NCBI RefSeq assembly: GCF_001194135.2
Contig: NC_068985.1
Coordinates: forward strand, 19,800,132-19,864,131
Origin: Octopus bimaculoides
Lineage: Eukaryota
Reading direction: 5' to 3'
Length of the DNA: 64,000 nucleotides
This document shows positions 58,701-64,000 of this stretch, piece by piece. Every line of letters starts with the position of its first letter. The first letter of the stretch is position 1. Both the position numbers and the translations under genes were made by a program. The notes under the pieces are model-generated. The model saw only the letters and a program-made list of their open reading frames with translations. It searched no databases and was not told where the DNA came from.

Positions 58701-59980
58701 AGGCCCTCCTAGATGAGAGACTGGCATTCCACTTAATGTCTATGTTCCATGCTGGCATGGATTGGAGAGTTATTAATGTAGAAATATGGTATCGTAGCTA
58801 CTAACAGTTGAGGGTTGCGTAGTCTAGACGGCGTTTTTAGATTTCATTATTCTCTTTAACCCGGGCAAAGCCGGGTATTTCTGCTAGTAGGTAATATAGC
58901 TACTTAAGTTATTAACTCAATTAGATGTTTTATGCTATTCAGGTTTCTCTTGATTGGGATGAGTTATATTACCATAATCATGAAGTGAATATTTAATGCA
59001 TGCTAGTATTGTGTTACTGGAAGTTTTTTTGTTTTTCTTTTACATAAATTCTTATTGGTGGCATGTTTTATATACTTTAATTGCTATTCTCCAGCTTCAC
59101 AAATAATGAGTTACTAAAATAGTTACATTGTGATACAGATGTTATCACTGTGGGTTAAATGGCTGTTATAGAATTTCGTATAGTTTACTAATTTTTTCAG
59201 TTAAAACCTTCTGCTTAAAAACTTTGGGATTTCTCAGTTGCTTGGCAGATGTGTACTAGATCATTGATATATAAAAATTATAACAAACTGGCATGGCTGT
59301 GAAGGTAAGAAACTTGTTTCCCAACCACATGGTTCCAGGTTCAGTGGGCAAGTGTCTTCTACTACAGCCTTGGGCCAACCAAAGCCTTGTGAGTGGATTT
59401 GGTTGAAAACTGAAAGCCCATCACACACACATACGTGTGTCTGTGTTTGCCCCCACCACTGCTTGCCAACTGGTGTTACTGTCTTTACATCCCTGTAGCT
59501 TAGCAGTTTGGCAAAAGAGACCAATAAAATAAGTACCAGGCTTTAAAAAAAAACAAGTAGTGGAATCAATTTGTTTGACTAAAAATTCTTCAAAACAGTG
59601 CCCCAGCATGGCCACAGTCTAATGACTAAAACAAGTAATAGGTATAAGGCAAACCAGTGAGTCCTGAAATGTCCTTGATAAGTTTCTAAATTAACGTCAT
59701 CTAGAACATTTACTAATGTGCTTTTCAGACAAACCTGTTTACTCCATATAATACTTTCAGTTACTTAGATAAATTATTGTAAATATGCTTTACTTTTGTA
59801 TCAAATCAATATTTAACTGATGTTTGTTTACTTTATTGCAGTTTGACAAAAGAAGTTGAAAAGCGACCCAAATATGAAGGTCTTCTTGATCACATATTTT
59901 TACAAAATGCTGAAAAGGACGACTTCAATATGAGTGAATATTTATCACCACTTATTGAAAAGTACCTATTGAAGACATAG
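49559..59980 (+). CDS. Dual-specificity MAP kinase kinase, stress-activated group (MKK4 / MKK3/6-like), divergent; 7 firm coding exons
   Basis: Spliced product has LGNGSFGVV, IMAVK, GDVWILME, HKDVKPSNILL, CDFGVSG, SFAKS, AGCKAYMAPE, DVRSDVWSLGITL, GDPP and CLTK..KRPKY. Intron positions (AVK|, SE|GD, |VVKAL, YMA|PE, ITL|IE, C|LTK) match my recollection of MAP2K4/MAP2K6 genes. Confidence 0.93.
49861..50088. mobile_element. Fold-back MITE with imperfect arms of about 95 bp
   Basis: TATAAGATGCAGTGGACTCG..GTGCTTGAGTAACA pairs with TGTTACTCAAGCAC..CGAGTCCACTGCATCTTATA. Confidence 0.85.
51347..51466 (+). CDS. MAP2K exon: alphaC region (KIKFVTSD...GTLFSE)
   Basis: ttcag|AAA acceptor and GAG|gtatat donor; 120 nt. 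Confidence 0.92.
52256..52369 (+). CDS. MAP2K exon (GDVWILME...KTTLI)
   Basis: tgaag|GGA acceptor and ATT|gtaagt donor; 114 nt. Confidence 0.92.
52654..52833 (+). CDS. MAP2K exon: catalytic loop HKDVKPSN, DFG, activation loop SFAKS
   Basis: ctag|GTT acceptor and GCT|gtaggt donor; 180 nt. Confidence 0.95.
53240..53570 (+). mobile_element. RTE-X-like LINE 3' end
   Basis: FAG(H)C.RAKEDLASDL..WMLKHG...MYVDQLTRDTGCLPEDLPQLMQD. Confidence 0.7.
53720..54065 (+). mobile_element. RTE LINE ORF end plus 3' UTR
   Basis: WSQMVRKGLQMLGLTE...FALLEKTRQAK*, followed by the shared UTR. Confidence 0.8.
54745..54822 (+). CDS. MAP2K exon (PELIDPD...DVRSDVWSLGITL)
   Basis: tttag|CCT acceptor and CTG|gtaagt donor; 78 nt. 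Confidence 0.93.
55962..56101 (+). CDS. MAP2K exon (IEVGNGKYPY...EGDPPKL...MFTAF)
   Basis: tacag|ATT acceptor and TG|gtatgg donor; phase 0/2. Confidence 0.93.
56190..57150 (-). mobile_element. Old RTE LINE 3' portion with a CT-rich UTR
   Basis: RGKPRETWDEV...GWYFSVL ORF end at 57040-57150 and an inverted tail at 56190-56370. Confidence 0.7.
57619..58887 (+). mobile_element. Non-autonomous Helitron (spans a gap)
   Basis: A|TC 5' end; GC hairpin CCCGGGCAAAGCCGGG at 58860-58875; CTAG|T 3' end. Confidence 0.8.
57955..58503. other. Assembly gap (N run)
   Basis: N characters. Confidence 1.
59842..59980 (+). CDS. MAP2K terminal coding exon (CLTKEVEKRPKY...KYLLKT*)
   Basis: tgcag|T acceptor in phase 2, TAG stop. 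Confidence 0.93.
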
Positions 59981-61605
59981 CATATACATCTACAGTTTTT
60001 AAGATTACTGCCAAGAGTATTATCTAGATTATCAAATGCAAACTGGTAATGTTCCTGGATATGCACTATATCCAACATTACTTGACTTGCCTCTGACTTT
60101 CTTCCACCTTAAATATTTCTGTTTGATAGACACATGATGAGAAACGACACTAATACATACTAATGATAAAAGTTCTGCTGGTTTCTCTCATTTTATACTC
60201 ATCATTTTTTACAACATTTCCATTCTGATTTCCACATGTAACCCATCTGAAGCTTCCACTGAAATAGGCTCTCACTGTTGCATTCAAATTTTTTTATCAA
60301 AGTTTCACAGTAACACTTTCATGTTTCATTATTTTCAATGTTACTTAGGCAGTGAGTGAGTTGACAGAATTGCTAGCACATGAGACAAAACTCTTTAGCA
60401 ACATTTTTTTCTGGTTTTATGTTCTGAGTTCAAATGTTATGAATCGTTTTGGCTTCCATCCTTTTGGGATTGATGAAATAAATGCCATTTGAGCATTGGG
60501 GTCAATGTAACTGACTAGCCCCCTTTCTTGAAATTTCAGGCATTGTGCCTATTGTAGAAAGGATTATTATTAATGTTACTGACAGTACAATGCTCTTCCA
60601 TGTCAGTCTAATTTGTCTTATAGTTCAAAATACTTTGAAAGCATTTCATTCATTTCCTTGACATATAACACTAAAATACCTCCTCCTCTCTGCCTGTCTT
60701 TTACCTAGCTGTACCTGACTTTTAACTTCTGGACATTGTTCCTCTGCATATTAGCTATTAGCTGAACTATTGCTTCCCTGTGTTGCTCTATTTGACCAGC
60801 CTCTGCTGTAACTATAAAATCCCATAAGAAATTTGATTGCACAAAGTATAATGTGATTATCTGAAATGATATATAATTAATCCTGGAAAGTAATAAAATG
60901 AATTAAACATTTCACAATGGGAGGTCATGATGTTGAATGTGCTACATGCTTCCCAATCATTGCTATATAAAGCTACTCATGTGACACTTTGTGTGTAGCT
61001 GTATACAGCTGAAAGGCTCTTCTCATTTTTCTCAAAAAAATTTTACTGGATAAACACTTCCCAGTTTACCTGTGTTAGATGTAATGTAATTTGAAATTGA
61101 AATTGCAGAACTTTTAGAGGCTAATCCCAATTATGCTTATTTTAGGGTGTGGAAGATGTTGTTCCTACAATAGATTTAGCTCCTTGCTACCTCCTAAAAT
61201 AGGTTAATGACTTGCAGTAAGTGATACTTAGAGAATAGTTTGCTATCCTCCATAGTACAGCAGTTCTCTGTTTCTGACTTTGTATTCAAATAAGCAATAT
61301 TTGATTGCACTGTGTGGAAGTTGACTCTCCCTGTCATATGCCTATTTTCTTGTCATAATGGTTTTCAGTCTGAACTGACTATTCTTTAACCTATGCTAGG
61401 GAACAAAAGATACACTCCTTACAATGGATAATATACATTGCGTTAATAATTGTTTGGCTATCTCTCTGATTCTTGGTTCCACCTGACTAATGACTCAGAA
61501 GATGGTTGGCTAGTTGACTGACTCCAAGTTATTACATAAACAAGACCACCAAACATTTAGCATATGACAAAATCTTATAACAGATTATGCACATGCACAC
61601 TTTAC

Positions 61606-61662
<57 letters not shown>

Positions 61663-61949
61663 TATGATGGCTGTTGACTCATAAAACAATTAAGACCATG
61701 GCTGACTAAATATAGCACTGCATAACATATTGTGAAAACGACAATGGTTCTTGAATCCTGCTAGCAACTTACAGAACTTGTTGCAGATTTGACATTCATA
61801 CAAATTCTTCTGACTTTTTAATTGTTCTGGATCATTCTGGCGATTTTTTTCAGTGCACCCTCATATGCCTGAATACTCTGAGTGATTTATATACATGTTT
61901 TCGGGAAAATAGTGCATGTGAGGTTGGCCCCAGCAAGAAAATCATTGTA

Positions 61950-62900
61950 GTTTGTTACAGGTCTTTCTCTGTGGCTTCTCTGGTGACTCACTAGGCCTGT
62001 GCAAAACAAACATATGCGGCCATAGACTTCAGACTTGATGAGGAACTGTAGGGTCAATGGAATTGTCATTTCATTCTGATCTCATTAAGCGTGCCCACTT
62101 GTTTGCATTTCACTGGAATATGCTCACTTCATCTTAGACTCTTTGCTTCCAGGTTTTCCTATCATGTGATATGTCTTCCCATACCTGTTCAGAAATCTCT
62201 CGGATTCCAAGCAATTATTTTATATTGTCCTTAAATTGCTTTCTTGGCCTATGTTGTGGTTGAGTACCTTGTGACAGTTTGCCATACATTTGCTTGAGAA
62301 TTCTACTGTCATGAAGATGCACAACATGACCAACCCAACACATATGGTGACAGTGAATGTTGGCCTCAATACTCACTGCATTGGCTAAAACCTCTGTGTC
62401 AAGGGTATGTGTCATCCAGTGGATGCCCAAGATATTTCTCAAACATTGCTGATGATAACACTCAAGTGTTTTTAGGTGTGGCAGTACACTACCCATGTTT
62501 AACACAAAAATATGCATGTGTTGTAGACTGCCAGCTTCTCTGGGACCAGACACAACTCTTCAGAGGAGCAAAGGCATCAGTGTCCCTTTTACATTCATGC
62601 AGTGATCTCATCGTCCATAGAGAAGCAACTGTTGGTAATGCTGCCCAGGTATGTAAACTTACCAACCACCTTCAGTTTGTGGCTATCAACATAGATAGCT
62701 CTATATATGGCAATCTAGGTGCAGGTTGGTACATTACTACAGTTTAGTCAAGGCTGATGGTGAAATCAAAGGTCTTGCAGGAGTGTGAAAATCTATCCAT
62801 CAAGTTTTGCATCATCTCTGCACTGTGTGGCTCAAGATACAATAATTGGCATATAAGAGGTCATGTACCAAAGACTGGAGAGTTTTTGTCACAAAATGCC
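61950..62900 (-). mobile_element. RTE-BovB-like LINE 3' coding fragment
   Basis: LECYHQQCLRNILGIHW, WVGHVVHLHDSRILKQMYGKL, RPRKQFKDNIK and a terminal GLVSHQRSH. Confidence 0.85.
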
Positions 62901-64000
62901 AAATGGGCATAATGTTCAATATTGTATGTACACACCTTCCTCACAGTCTCTGAAAGCATGCAGAACTATAGAGAAGATTGTGAATTCTGTTGGGGCATCA
63001 TTTTTAACCTTCTACTAGTGTGGTCATCTACGCTTCAGAGCAAGTTAGTCTTGTGCTACCTCCACTTGAGCACTTCTGATTCACTCATCTTTTCTCCTCT
63101 CAACCTGTACTATTCACCAATCTCAGTCCTTCATTCTCAGAATGTTGCCTCTCTGGGATTCCCACTCTGTGTGCATTTTTCCTTCAGCTCTCAACTTGCA
63201 ATTATTCATAAAGGGTGTTAACAACTTGGATTTAACTAGTTTTGAGAAGCAGGGGTGTGAGTACCTTAAGCCACTTCACTGCCCAAACCTATAAAATAAA
63301 AAGGATCATTATTTTAATCAAAACTTCAATCATCCCATGAATGAGTTCATCTCTTGAAGGACATTTCTCTAGGCAGTAAATACCACAAGGAATGTACACT
63401 GGTAGACACAAACACTTTTAAGGGACATCATTGAGATAGCTTGACTTGCTATGAGTAGCAGCCATATCACCCTCAAATCACATCCTACTAACTTGAAATA
63501 GGTGAGGATACATTGAATAATGTATTCCAAGTTGCCTCTAAAGTGGTAGGGTGAGTTGACCCTGTCTGGAATGCAGTTGATCAAAGGTCTGTTTCTTTAT
63601 CTAGACATAGACATCCATCTTTCTCTTTCACCTTATGCACACACACACACACACACATGCAGAGTTTACGTGGTTTCTGTTTGTACCAAGTTTTACTCAC
63701 ATCATATACGTCAATCTAAAGCTGTAGTAGAAGACACTTTCCAAGGTTCTGCTCATTGGGACTGAACCTAGAACCATGTAACTGTGAAGCAAACTGCTTT
63801 TCCCCATAGCCATGTCATTTGTGTCCAAATGTTTCCAAAATTTCTTAAAACATTATTATACGCTTGAGATTAAGTGATAGCAAATTACTAACTCTTTAGC
63901 ATTCAGATTACTCTGTAAAATGTAATGCTTATTTATTCATGTTGTTTTGAATTAATCATCCATTATCTCATAGCTTCACAATTTTGATAATGTGATTGTT

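Overview
AT-rich, repeat-dense animal DNA with 4 assembly gaps. The SINE/LINE/MITE content points to an octopus (coleoid cephalopod); that assignment is inference. Two spliced genes lie on the + strand. (1) The last 14 coding exons (3847-34176, about 1,254 codons in an unbroken frame) of a full-type ABCA transporter, ABCA3-like; its 5' part lies before the window. (2) A compact, divergent stress-activated MAP2K (MKK4/MKK3/6 group), with 7 firm exons at 49559-59980 and a candidate start exon at 44908-44939. The rest is mobile DNA: tRNA/CORE-type SINEs, RTE, RTE-X, BovB, CR1, Dong/R4 and Hero LINE fragments, piggyBac-type MITEs, Helitrons and many fold-back elements. The most interesting observations are: the MAP2K carries HKD in place of HRD, plus other deviations that one A-to-G change (A-to-I editing) would return to consensus; a cluster of TIR elements at 38-44 kb carries telomeric TTAGGG arrays in their centres; and the ABCA intron at the window start holds a perfect palindrome with arms of at least 124 bp. 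No CRISPR, rRNA or true tRNA gene was found. All coordinates were read by eye, and repeat boundaries are approximate.
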